From an uncultured Acidobacteriota bacterium (lineage in GTDB: Bacteria; Acidobacteriota; Terriglobia; UBA7540), in NCBI GenBank assembly GCA_963804995.1, contig CAWDSK010000005.1, positions 288,001-352,000 of the forward strand: DNA of 64,000 bases, read 5' to 3'. The stretch's first letter is position 1. The number at the start of each line of letters is the position of its first letter. Under the pieces are notes generated by a model. It made no database searches. It was not told the origin of the DNA and saw only the letters and a list, made by a program, of their open reading frames with translations. A program made the translations under genes and the position numbers. Positions 30,398-40,264 of the stretch are shown here, in pieces.

Positions 30398-31186
30398 ATG
30401 CCTCTCGGAACTCCCAGCCCGACCCTGATTCATCAAGGCCCTGGCTGGCTCTATTTGAATGTCTGTGCGCCGGCCACGGGCAAGCGGCACATCATTGTCT
30501 CAGACGGGACGCCCACGCAGCCGGTGTGGTCGGCGTCGCAAGGGGTCACCCCCGGGCAGATGATTGTGGATACCAACGGCAACCTTCAGGAGTGCACAAC
30601 AGGCGGCACAACGGGAAGCCTCGCGCCCGGCACCTGGTGCAACGCAGTTGGCGCCACCACCTCCGATGGTGCGAACGTGATCTGGACTTGCATGGCCGTG
30701 GGCCCGGCTTATCTTTTTGCCGGCGCACTGGAGGGCGCTACCGATCTCGATATCGGAGCTAAGGTGGAAGAAACGACCGCCGACCAGGAAACCCTTCCCA
30801 TCGATGCGGTGATGACCGGCGAAGTGGACTCAGTCGCCGTGACGCTGAAGGAATCCGATTGCGCCAAGTTGCAGCTTTTGGTTCCCCACGGCACGTACGC
30901 CTCAGGCTCTGACAGTGCCTTGCCCACGGGCGCACAGACTTATGAAGAAATCGCCTTTGGCGGCCTCAAGCCTGTGCCCAAGTTCGGAGTGCTGCTCATC
31001 TCGAAGCGCAAGGACCAGAACTCCAAGTTCGTCATCTCCCAAATCTACCGCGCCTATCAAAAGGAGACGGTGAAGCTTCCCTTCCAACGCGGTAAGGAGA
31101 CGACTTTCAAGGTTACCTTCCAAGCCATCGCGGACCAGAACCGTCCAGTTGGCGATCGGGGCGGGAAGGTTTATCGGCAGACGTAG
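30398..31186 (+). CDS. Major tail tube protein (non-contractile) with an inserted small domain
   Basis: IHQGPGWLY, GALEGAT, V.VTLKE, VTFQAIAD; AAGGAG RBS. Confidence 0.72.
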   Translation: MPLGTPSPTLIHQGPGWLYLNVCAPATGKRHIIVSDGTPTQPVWSASQGVTPGQMIVDTNGNLQECTTGGTTGSLAPGTWCNAVGATTSDGANVIWTCMAVGPAYLFAGALEGATDLDIGAKVEETTADQETLPIDAVMTGEVDSVAVTLKESDCAKLQLLVPHGTYASGSDSALPTGAQTYEEIAFGGLKPVPKFGVLLISKRKDQNSKFVISQIYRAYQKETVKLPFQRGKETTFKVTFQAIADQNRPVGDRGGKVYRQT

Positions 31187-31250
31187 TGCGCGGAACAACA
31201 GCATCCGTTGTCAATTCCTGATGACTGATAGCTGAGAACTGAGAACCACC

Positions 31251-31894
31251 ATGACTGAAAACGGAATTGCCAAACCCGAAGATTTCAAGCGGGCCGTCGC
31301 AACGCTCAATGTTCGAGCGGGTGATGCTGCCCGCCTCCGGACTCACCGTGCTGCTTTGCCGGCCACCCATTTTCGCGGCGCTGCGGCTGGGCCGCGAAGG
31401 CACGGAACTTCAAGCCAAGATTACGGAAGCCAAGCCGGAGGAGATTAGGCCCGAGGACATCACGGCGTTCTCCGACTGGGTCACGGCAACACTTTCTCGG
31501 CTTTTTGTGCAACCGCGCTTCTCCGGCGCACCCACGTCCGATGAGATCGGCCTGGGCGATATTCTCGTGGAGGATCTGAAATACATATTTCGTTGGCTGA
31601 GGGGCGAGGTCTTTAGTGCAGGGAATAGGGAATCGGGAATGGGGAGTGGGGAAGGTCCCAACTCCCAACTCCCGACTCCCGACTCCCACACTGAAGACCT
31701 CGCGCCCTTTCCTGGCGGACCGCGATCGGCTTCTGTATCTGGCGGAGGTAGCGAAACGCAGCCAGTGCCGGCCCAGCCAGTTGCTGGAACTCAAGGGGAT
31801 GCCGGCCTACTTGCTGGACTGCACCGCGGCTGAAATGGTTGTAGCGCGTGACCGAGGCGAGTTTGAGACGGAAGGGAATGTGGTGGAGTGGTGA
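31251..31894 (+). CDS. Tail assembly chaperone G/GT pair
   Basis: ATG 31251, apparent +1 indel near 31305, G frame to 31833; overlapping +1 frame (LLYLAEVAKRSQCRPSQLL) to 31894 via CCCTTTC at 31705. Confidence 0.65.
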
Positions 31895-32046
31895 AGAAAG
31901 CCATCAGCTCTCAGCCGTGAGCGATCAGCTCGTACCCCTCAGCCCCAGCCATCTCCTCCGGGGAGAGGGTGGCTGACGAAGGAGACTGGTGAAGAGTTTC
32001 GAAAGCTGATAGCTGAAAGCTGGGAGCTTGGAGCTGCGAGTTAAAA

Positions 32047-32877
32047 ATGGAACAAGGTAATAACAGCGTACTCAATCTACTTCTGGGGCTAAGTGCTGAT
32101 CCCCAACGCGCGAACTCAGCGCTCAATCTCTTTGCAGCCGCCACAGCCGGTTTGGAAAAAAGCACCAAGGCAACGAGTGAGCACACGGTGGAACTCGTGA
32201 AGGCCAACAAGGCCGAGCAAGACGCCATCGCGGCCTTTTCCCACCTGCACCAGCAGAGCCAAATGGCGGTGGTGCCGATTCGGCAGATGCATGAAGCCTT
32301 CCGAAGGCTCGCGCCGGAAATTACTAATTCCACGGACCAGACCGAGCAAAACACCAATGCCGTCCAGCGTGCGGCGCTTGCCCTGCGCACGCAGACCGCC
32401 GCGGGCGCAGAACTGGCCAGCAGTGGGCTGGCGGGATTAATCGCTGGCCGCAAGGCCCAGGCGGGCATGGAAGCCGTCTGGGAAACTGCACGGGGCATCG
32501 CTCTGCTCGCGGAGGGAACCTGGCCGCCCAACCCTGCCGCCATCATGGCCGCGGGCCTGCACTTTGAAGCCGCAGCGCAATACGCGCTCCTGGCCGGAAC
32601 CGGCAGCCACCGTCACAGCGTGGCGTCGGGGGGAGGCGGGGGGGGGTACGAGCACGGGCCTGCCTACGCCGGCGGCACATCCCCTTACGGGTCACCCGCA
32701 CAAACCTTGGCCCAGGGCGCGGCCGTGCATTCACCGGCCGCCGGCAGCGGAGTGGTCATCATCCGCGGCACGCAGGCTTTCGAGGATTTCGTGGCGGGCG
32801 CGGTTAATGGAGCCGTCTCGCGGGGTGTCACGGTGACCGCAACGACGTTGCAGAGAGGCAGCCCGGTAGGACATTGA
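32047..32877 (+). CDS. Short tape-measure-like protein
   Basis: Ala-rich helical protein of 276 aa located between the chaperone and distal tail genes. Confidence 0.6.
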   Translation: MEQGNNSVLNLLLGLSADPQRANSALNLFAAATAGLEKSTKATSEHTVELVKANKAEQDAIAAFSHLHQQSQMAVVPIRQMHEAFRRLAPEITNSTDQTEQNTNAVQRAALALRTQTAAGAELASSGLAGLIAGRKAQAGMEAVWETARGIALLAEGTWPPNPAAIMAAGLHFEAAAQYALLAGTGSHRHSVASGGGGGGYEHGPAYAGGTSPYGSPAQTLAQGAAVHSPAAGSGVVIIRGTQAFEDFVAGAVNGAVSRGVTVTATTLQRGSPVGH

Positions 32878-32962
32878 ATTGACGATTGAATGATTGACAT
32901 TGGGGCGATTGAAACCGGCCACCGTTAATCTTCAATCGAGAATTGTCAATCGGCAATCAACA

Positions 32963-33346
32963 ATGGCTAACCCAGCAATCGTCTATCCCGTCTCCGGTGG
33001 TACAGCGACGCTCAATTTTCTGCGCCCGCCACGCCACGTACCGGCTTACTCACAAGCGGCCCTCCGTCACGACAATGTCGCCTCGAGCGGCGTGCGCGAA
33101 TCGATATTGGAACGCATCGACAATTATCTCGACCTCGATCTGGAGTGGGTCGGCCTGGGCGCCGACGCGCAGGCGTGGGCGCAGTTCATGGCCTATGCAC
33201 TTCAAGGCGGAGCCTTTGCCTATTATCCAGATAGTTCACAACTGGCCTTCACGAATTACTGGCTGGAAGACACCAACTGGACGGCGGCCTATAAGGCGCC
33301 GGGACAGTATACGTTTCACCTGAAGTTTCGACAGGTAATCACATGA
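32963..33346 (+). CDS. Distal tail (Dit)-like protein
   Basis: 127 aa after the TMP; GGAFAYYPD...Y...LKFRQV. Confidence 0.55.
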   Translation: MANPAIVYPVSGGTATLNFLRPPRHVPAYSQAALRHDNVASSGVRESILERIDNYLDLDLEWVGLGADAQAWAQFMAYALQGGAFAYYPDSSQLAFTNYWLEDTNWTAAYKAPGQYTFHLKFRQVIT

Positions 33347-33438
33347 ATCGGGTCACCGGGCCATCGGATCATCGGGTCATTGAACGCCAAACCCCGGGAC
33401 GATCCGATGAGCCGATGAACCGATGAACGGATAAACCG

Positions 33439-33621
33439 ATGATCTCAGGAAACCAGACCTGGCAACAGGGTTTGAATTCGCTGCAAAAGCAAGCGCTCTA
33501 CGTGCTGCAGATCCCGCAGTTCGGGATCGTCCTCGCCAGCTTCACACAAGCGCAAATCCAATCGCTCACCCAGTCCGGCTGGGGTGTGGGGCGCTGGGGG
33601 ATCAACGGCTGGGGAACATAG
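33439..33621 (+). CDS. Small tail protein
   Basis: 60-aa ORF bracketed by hairpins; ends in a GWG..RWG..GWG motif. Confidence 0.5.
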   Translation: MISGNQTWQQGLNSLQKQALYVLQIPQFGIVLASFTQAQIQSLTQSGWGVGRWGINGWGT

Positions 33622-33767
33622 CGGATCAGGTGATCGCGTGATCCGATGGTCGGGTGAAAAAGGCTTGGGATGATCGGGTTTTCCGCTGCTCACCCGATCT
33701 CCCGATCACCTGATTCGAGAAGAACAGTTTCAGCCATCAAGTCTGTTGGAAGGAAGTTAAACGGGAA

Positions 33768-36700
33768 ATGCCAACCGTCTCCTCATATTGGCCGGGAAAT
33801 TACTGGCAAGCAATGAATCAGTCACTTGCCTGGCTCTATGGCCGTCAGTCAGGCCCCGCCGGTGACTGGCTGGCCAACGCCCTGTTCACGGCGGGCGCGA
33901 CCAGCACGCTAGAGACGCAGCAGCCTGCCTCCGGGCTCGTCGAATGCGGCCTCACCTCGTTGGTCAATTTCCTCACCGGTTTGACGGCGAGTGGCGCGCA
34001 AGAGGCCCCCCTAGCGATGACGCAGATCGAATCCATTGTCGCCACCCTCCCCCCAGGTCTCTTGCCCGACAACCAGCTTGGCCCGGACGGCTACCCGGTC
34101 AATGAATCCGGGGTAGCACTCGCGTGGGGCAATCTGCTAGTGAACGGTTACACGGTCAGTTCCGCAATGCAGCAGTCGATCAACACGCTACTCTATAGTG
34201 CCAATGCCACTCAGATCACTCCCGGCCCGCCCCAAACACCTGGGGTCATCGCCAAGTGGACGGCCAACAGCTACTATCCGTTCGGCACGCTCATTGTCGA
34301 CAGCAACGATAATACCCAGATCGCTCTTTACAACGGTGTGACAGTCAACACTAGCGCCGCACCCAATTGGCCGATGCAGCCCGGCGCTCTTACGGCTGAC
34401 AACACACAGGTCTGGAAGCTCATCGCGCTTGGGTACCAGAACATCGGCTGGGTGGCGACAGGCTATGTTTTCAATCTCCTTCAAGCTCTCGGTTCCTACC
34501 GCGTTGACGTATTCGTATATGGCGACGTGTGGTATTACCAAGGGAGCTCCAGCCTCCAAACCACCGCCCCGGGCGGTAATGCCATTCCCAACGCCGGTAC
34601 TTGGAGCCTGGGGAGCGTCCATCCGGGGCAACTGCTGGCGGTGCTCTATCCCACTAGTGTTTCACGGCCTGCCACGGGCTGGTATGGCTCGACAATTCCT
34701 GGCGGCTGGGTGGCACATACGAACACGGGAGTTGCGGAGACGCCCGGCCCCAACCAACTGGGAGGCAAGCTCCTCGGCTACAAGGCACAAATTTACGTTA
34801 AGACTGATATCGAATACCTGCAGGAAGACAATATCCCCATCGTCGTACAAAGTGACGGCTTTCACGCCCGCGTCGGGTTGAGTGTGGTTCCTTCCAGCGG
34901 TACGCCTGCGGTCCACATTCTTTTTGACGACCCCGTGGCCGGCTGGACCGAGGTATACGATTCCCTCCAGTCCGAACTCGTCTACCAGGACTTGCCGCGC
35001 TCTTACGACATACCGACCAGTGATCCTCTCTTTGTCGCCAATCCAGGCGCGACGAATCTCCCCGCCCTCCAGAATCGCAGCTACATCTATGATTGCGCCC
35101 TGGCCCTGATTGCTTACAGCTCGGCGGGGAATTTTGCGGCGGCAGAAAAAGTCATCAAGCAGTTGAACGCTTTTCTTGCCACGTCAGGATATCTGGCCTC
35201 GATGGTGCTTGAGAACGCCGAAGACGGATCGACAGCGCGGTGGTCGAAGAGTGGCAGCGGAGCGACGGTCACGAACGTCGCGGCCAGCGCCGTGTCGCCG
35301 CAGGAGCCGCCCTACGGCACGGGAAATATTTTGGATTTTCATGCCGGCTCGGCCAATGCCATTTTTACCTTTACCGGTAGCGGCTTCCCTGACACGACGG
35401 ACACTCACCTCAGTTTTGAGCACATGGAAGCCGCCGCGGTGGGTCTCCTTTTCGACATCAGCATTGCGACGGCACTGGGCCTCGTGACCGACATTCAAGT
35501 CACGAGCGCCCCAGCGGGTCCGGCCACTCTCGCGGGCAGAGTGATCACCATACCCATCGGTCCGGGGTCCAGTACCTGGCGCACCACGTTGGTTGATCTT
35601 CCGGCGCTCCTTTCTTCGCTCACGTCCGACACGCTCGTGAAGGTCACCGGCTTCAAGCTCACCCTCACCGCGGCGAATACCGATCTTTACTTTGATAACT
35701 TCAGTGTAGGAACCCCACAGCCCGCCAACTCCCTGAGCTTCAGTTACGACACTTACAACGGCCAGGTGGATCAGCCTTACATCCGCGCGGGGGCGATGGC
35801 CTGGGTGGTTTACGCCTACTGCATCTACATGCAGACCAGCCAGGACTACAGCTCCTGGCTGCAGTTGCAGGGCATGATCGACTTCCTGCTGAGCCTGCAA
35901 TCGAGCGCCAGCGACCTTACGAATGGCCTCTTCTACGAGGGCTATGGCGAGTACGTCGACCCAGGCTACCAGTTTGTCCCCGGGCTGACCGAGACAGTTG
36001 CGACCGAGCACCAGGTGGACTTGTGGTTTGCTTTTATGCGCGCCGCCGGCGTGCTGAGCAACGCCGCAGTGCAACTTCTGAAGACCGGCCAAATCACCAA
36101 TACGCAAGCCACGTCGATCACTTCAACTGTGGCCACTATCGAGACGGCTGCCAGCACGATCTGGACGAACTTGCTCGCGAACCTTTACATCGCACCCTCC
36201 GGCTCTGTGCCCGGCCACTTCGCCCAGGGCGCGAGCGCCCCTGTTCCCTGGACCCTGCGCCGAGCGGCCGGGTTGACGGCCTGGTACGAGGCGGACGCCA
36301 TTGCGGGGCTGACGGATGGACAACCGCTCACTCTGTGGGCAGACCAAAGTGGCAACGGCAACAGCCTCACAGCATCGGGAAGCCTCGCGCCGACCTATCA
36401 AACTGACGCCTTGAATGGTCTCCCTGTAGTGAGCTTCAACGGCTCAAACTCCATGCAATCGGCCGTCTTGGCGTTAAATCAGCCCACCACGGTTTTCATC
36501 GTCGGCAACTCGGCTGTCGACTCCATTCTCATAGACGGGCTCTCGCAGCCGTTTAGCATGAGCATGTTCGGAAACGGTGGGCTTACGAACCTTGCGCTTT
36601 CTGCGGGAGCAGGTGTGACCCTCCAGCAGAATGTCGCCAGCCTCAGCAATTATGCGGTGATGGGAGGGATTTTCAACGGCGCATCCAGCCTCAATAGTTA

Positions 36701-38939
36701 CAACGGTACGGTGGTGACAGGGAATGCGGGAGATAGAAACGCCTCAGGGTTGGTGGTCGGGTCCTCTCCAGGGCCCCTGTATGAGCTGACCGGCTCCATT
36801 GCTGAAGTGCTGGTTTTCAATTCCGTGCTCACCACCACAGAGCGTCAACAAGTTGAGGGTTACCTGGCCTGGAAGTGGGGCTTGCAGGCGAACCTGCCCT
36901 CCGGCCATCCCTACAAAAGCGCCGCGCCAGGCGGTTCCCGTGACACCAGCGAAGCCCTGGACGCTTCTGGCCACTGGGCGGCGCTGCTGGCCCACGCCAA
37001 CGGCCGCGATGACATTGCGCTTCAGTGCGCCGAGTTTGCCTACCAAAACTTCCTGCTGACTAACCAGACCATCGCCAAGTCGAACGCCGCGAACAGCTAC
37101 AACGAAACCTACCAGCTCGCGACGCCCTTTGCAGGTATGAAGCCCTACAACGATTCGCCCGGCGGCTATGCGGGTTCGCCCGCGTCCGTCTGGCAGGAAG
37201 GCACCTGGGGCATGATCCTGGTGCTCCTCGATCTCTACAACGTTCCGGGCCTCGCCAGCTTCTTCACAGGACTCGGGACCACGATTGACGCGGTCTTGAC
37301 GCAACTGATCCAAGGGCAAGCTACCATCCTGCCCGCCACGGGCAACGGCTCGTTGCTGGCCTATTCACTCGCCGCGCGCAGCCTACCCTATGAGTTCGAA
37401 GTGTGGCCGGCGCTTGCCCCCACAGCTTGGATGTGGCTGGTGGCCACGAATCCCAGTGTCTTACTTACTGTGGCCGGCCAGCCACAACTACTGCCTTATA
37501 TGTACATTCCCTCGGGAGCGGAACAATCCATCGATGACAAGAATGGCTCGAGCTCGGTGGGGCAGATGGAAATTCGCTGCATCGATCCGGGCGGATTGCT
37601 CCACACCCTGGCGGCGCAAGAAGAACTAATTGGCCAAATTGCTACTTTCAGCATGGGTTTTCCCGGCAATGCGCTGGGCGATTTCGTTCCGCTACATGTC
37701 CTGCAAATTTCCGAAATTGGGTTCGACGCTGATGGCCGCGTGATCATCAAGGCGAGCGATGTGAAACGTTTCGCGCAGGGTGCCTTTGTGTGGGCTAACG
37801 GGGGCCCCGAGGAATGGCTGCCGGGGCAGAAAAATACGTGGCAGCCCGGCGGCGCCCAGTGGCTGGCGAATGCGTTCCCGGTATCGAACGACAATCCCCG
37901 TTGGGTAAGTGGCAACCCGCTGGACATCTTCCTGGCCGCAATGCAAAACGAATTGGGCGTGGGCCAGGATCAGGCGCTGAGCGCGGTGGTGCAAGTGGGC
38001 GGTGCGGGCGAACTGGTGGCTGCGGTGAATCCATTTTGGGCCAAGTACCTGCCCGCTTCGACACTTTCGACGGAGGGCAATCAGTCCACGCTGATTAATC
38101 CGAATTTCTTTCTCGATGTTCCTAGCATTACGGCCCTGCGCGACAACATGTTCTCCGGCGACTGGTTTGAATTCAAAATCACCTCAACACAGCAAGCTCG
38201 CAGTTGGCTGGAAGATCAGATCCTGAAGCCGCTCGGCCTGGTCATGGTGGTGACAGCGAACGGCCAACTTACGCTCAAGCCCTTGAAGAATCCGGTCAAC
38301 CAAAGCCCGGTGTTTGCTTTCACGCAGCGCAACATCCAAGGAATCCCGCAGGTTTCACTTGCGCCGATTATTAATGCCCTGGCCTACCGGCTCAACGTGG
38401 ACGAGACCATGACCAATACCAGCGCGCGTACCTATAACACCACCGTTACCATGCTCCAGCAGGATAGCTATAACCTCTTCCGCTATCTTTACAACCAGCA
38501 GGTCGAGGCCACAGGCCTGCGCACCGCCCGCGGGGGCTTCTTGCGCGCCTTTCTGTTGGGTGACCAACTGTTCCGGCGCTACGGCTTCGCAACACCTGTT
38601 TATCAAATTGCGACGCACCTTGCGGCACTCCGGCCCGAGTTGAAGGACTGGGTTTCCCTTACGCATCCCTTGGTGCCCGATTACATCGGCGGCGGGCGCG
38701 GTGTGCTGAATGTACCGTGTGAAATTATTGGCCGGTCACCAGACTACGCGAACGGGCAGGTGCGGTTCACGCTCCTCAACATGCGGCGGGCTAACACCAC
38801 TACGCCTTATGAGATCGCGTCTGGATCAAGTGGGATGCCGCCTTACTCCCAAGCGACGGAAGAGCAGCAGCAGACTTTCTTCTTTATCTCACCCTCTTCG
38901 GGCGGGGTGGCAACACAGGAGTTGGGCACGATCTTTTGA
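33768..38939 (+). CDS. Large multidomain tail hub/tip protein
   Basis: 1723 aa with glycosidase-like helical motifs, a LamG-like insert (WYEAD...W.DQSGNGN...G.IAEVLVFN..L...ERQQVEGYL..KWG) and a C-terminal hub-like region. Confidence 0.75.
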   Translation: MPTVSSYWPGNYWQAMNQSLAWLYGRQSGPAGDWLANALFTAGATSTLETQQPASGLVECGLTSLVNFLTGLTASGAQEAPLAMTQIESIVATLPPGLLPDNQLGPDGYPVNESGVALAWGNLLVNGYTVSSAMQQSINTLLYSANATQITPGPPQTPGVIAKWTANSYYPFGTLIVDSNDNTQIALYNGVTVNTSAAPNWPMQPGALTADNTQVWKLIALGYQNIGWVATGYVFNLLQALGSYRVDVFVYGDVWYYQGSSSLQTTAPGGNAIPNAGTWSLGSVHPGQLLAVLYPTSVSRPATGWYGSTIPGGWVAHTNTGVAETPGPNQLGGKLLGYKAQIYVKTDIEYLQEDNIPIVVQSDGFHARVGLSVVPSSGTPAVHILFDDPVAGWTEVYDSLQSELVYQDLPRSYDIPTSDPLFVANPGATNLPALQNRSYIYDCALALIAYSSAGNFAAAEKVIKQLNAFLATSGYLASMVLENAEDGSTARWSKSGSGATVTNVAASAVSPQEPPYGTGNILDFHAGSANAIFTFTGSGFPDTTDTHLSFEHMEAAAVGLLFDISIATALGLVTDIQVTSAPAGPATLAGRVITIPIGPGSSTWRTTLVDLPALLSSLTSDTLVKVTGFKLTLTAANTDLYFDNFSVGTPQPANSLSFSYDTYNGQVDQPYIRAGAMAWVVYAYCIYMQTSQDYSSWLQLQGMIDFLLSLQSSASDLTNGLFYEGYGEYVDPGYQFVPGLTETVATEHQVDLWFAFMRAAGVLSNAAVQLLKTGQITNTQATSITSTVATIETAASTIWTNLLANLYIAPSGSVPGHFAQGASAPVPWTLRRAAGLTAWYEADAIAGLTDGQPLTLWADQSGNGNSLTASGSLAPTYQTDALNGLPVVSFNGSNSMQSAVLALNQPTTVFIVGNSAVDSILIDGLSQPFSMSMFGNGGLTNLALSAGAGVTLQQNVASLSNYAVMGGIFNGASSLNSYNGTVVTGNAGDRNASGLVVGSSPGPLYELTGSIAEVLVFNSVLTTTERQQVEGYLAWKWGLQANLPSGHPYKSAAPGGSRDTSEALDASGHWAALLAHANGRDDIALQCAEFAYQNFLLTNQTIAKSNAANSYNETYQLATPFAGMKPYNDSPGGYAGSPASVWQEGTWGMILVLLDLYNVPGLASFFTGLGTTIDAVLTQLIQGQATILPATGNGSLLAYSLAARSLPYEFEVWPALAPTAWMWLVATNPSVLLTVAGQPQLLPYMYIPSGAEQSIDDKNGSSSVGQMEIRCIDPGGLLHTLAAQEELIGQIATFSMGFPGNALGDFVPLHVLQISEIGFDADGRVIIKASDVKRFAQGAFVWANGGPEEWLPGQKNTWQPGGAQWLANAFPVSNDNPRWVSGNPLDIFLAAMQNELGVGQDQALSAVVQVGGAGELVAAVNPFWAKYLPASTLSTEGNQSTLINPNFFLDVPSITALRDNMFSGDWFEFKITSTQQARSWLEDQILKPLGLVMVVTANGQLTLKPLKNPVNQSPVFAFTQRNIQGIPQVSLAPIINALAYRLNVDETMTNTSARTYNTTVTMLQQDSYNLFRYLYNQQVEATGLRTARGGFLRAFLLGDQLFRRYGFATPVYQIATHLAALRPELKDWVSLTHPLVPDYIGGGRGVLNVPCEIIGRSPDYANGQVRFTLLNMRRANTTTPYEIASGSSGMPPYSQATEEQQQTFFFISPSSGGVATQELGTIF

Positions 38940-39011
38940 GAACAGTCGACAGTTGAAGGTTGAACGGGAGCAATCGTGGCCTTTTAACTTTCAACCTCCA
39001 ACGAGGCCCCC

Positions 39012-39509
39012 ATGTCCCAAATGTTGATGTCCGGAATTCCGGGTTTCTTTGATCTGGCTGACAGCACGATCGCTGGAGGCCAGCCGCTAACCGACTACGC
39101 GCTTGCCAAGATCAGCCACAACGCGAAATTTGGCGCCGTGCGCTGCGAGATCATCTCGATGGGCTTCTACGGACCCGGCGATACTGTGCAACCACCGGTT
39201 TCTCCGGTGGACGGCTATGATTACAGCTATCAGGAATGCCTTTTCATTCCCATTCATTTTTCCTCGCGCTCCCCAGCGGCAGGTTACGTGCCGGGGCAGG
39301 CCTCGCCGCCAGGACTCGCCAACAACGACCCGGGGCAGGGCAATCTCATCGTCTGTCCGTACCAACTTGATGTGAACGATGCGAATGGAAAGGTTTTGAT
39401 GCAGACCTACTGGTCGACGAGCGGGGCGGAAAACCAGGGAACCGTGAAAGTCATGGCCATTTGCCAGAGGCTAAGCGTGAATCTACCCGCGGGAGTGTCA
39501 GGTGATTAA
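39012..39509 (+). CDS. Tail tip-associated protein
   Basis: GAGG RBS; co-oriented ORF of 165 aa. Confidence 0.6.
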   Translation: MSQMLMSGIPGFFDLADSTIAGGQPLTDYALAKISHNAKFGAVRCEIISMGFYGPGDTVQPPVSPVDGYDYSYQECLFIPIHFSSRSPAAGYVPGQASPPGLANNDPGQGNLIVCPYQLDVNDANGKVLMQTYWSTSGAENQGTVKVMAICQRLSVNLPAGVSGD

Positions 39510-39607
39510 TTTCTCAGTTTACTCCGCTCGCGAGGAGCGGGGCTGGCTCATCGCTTCATTAATTGACTTCGGACTCCGGACCCGGACTCCGGACTCGGGG
39601 TGTCGCT

Positions 39608-40264
39608 ATGGCAATAACACGCACTGTGCTGCCTCGCAAAGGTCTTGTCCAGCCGCAGCACGGGATCACTCAATACGAGTCGGATATGGACGCGAACATG
39701 GCGGTGATCGATGCCAATGTCGCCTTCATGAGCGACCTGTCATCTGTCGTTGACACCTTGGTCGGTGACCTAGGATTGAACGGTCTGGTCACAGGCTTTC
39801 AGCTAACTACTTCCAACACGCTTAATCCCGGCCTGACCAACGGCGTCCTCTATGCGAACGGCTCGCGCTACGCGCCCTCTGAAGCTAGTGCAGGTTTGGC
39901 ACCTGCGAGCGCGACCTCCTATCTGTTCTACCAGGAGGAGAGCTGGCCCAACAGCTACTATTATCGACCGGTTCTAGCCTCCCTTAATCCCGGGGACGCC
40001 TTCATTGGTATCGTGGTTACAAACACTACCCAAGTCGTGAGTGTGACAACGGCGTCGAGCCTTTTCAGCCAAATCCCCGTGTCGGCCGCGGCCCCCGGCA
40101 ATTTCAGCGTGCCACACTTGCTGGGACGTACTCCCGTCGGAGCGCACATACGCATGACGAGCCCTGGTGCAATCTGGTGGCAGTCGCCAGTGGACACGGA
40201 CGGCGTAAACCTCTATCTGGTCGCTTCGGATGCCGGGGTGACCGCGAAGGTGCAGGTATGGTGA
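39608..40264 (+). CDS. Fibre adaptor / short fibre protein
   Basis: MDANMAVIDA coiled coil, beta domain, and C-terminal VPHLLGRTP...DGVNLYL. Confidence 0.6.
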   Translation: MAITRTVLPRKGLVQPQHGITQYESDMDANMAVIDANVAFMSDLSSVVDTLVGDLGLNGLVTGFQLTTSNTLNPGLTNGVLYANGSRYAPSEASAGLAPASATSYLFYQEESWPNSYYYRPVLASLNPGDAFIGIVVTNTTQVVSVTTASSLFSQIPVSAAAPGNFSVPHLLGRTPVGAHIRMTSPGAIWWQSPVDTDGVNLYLVASDAGVTAKVQVW

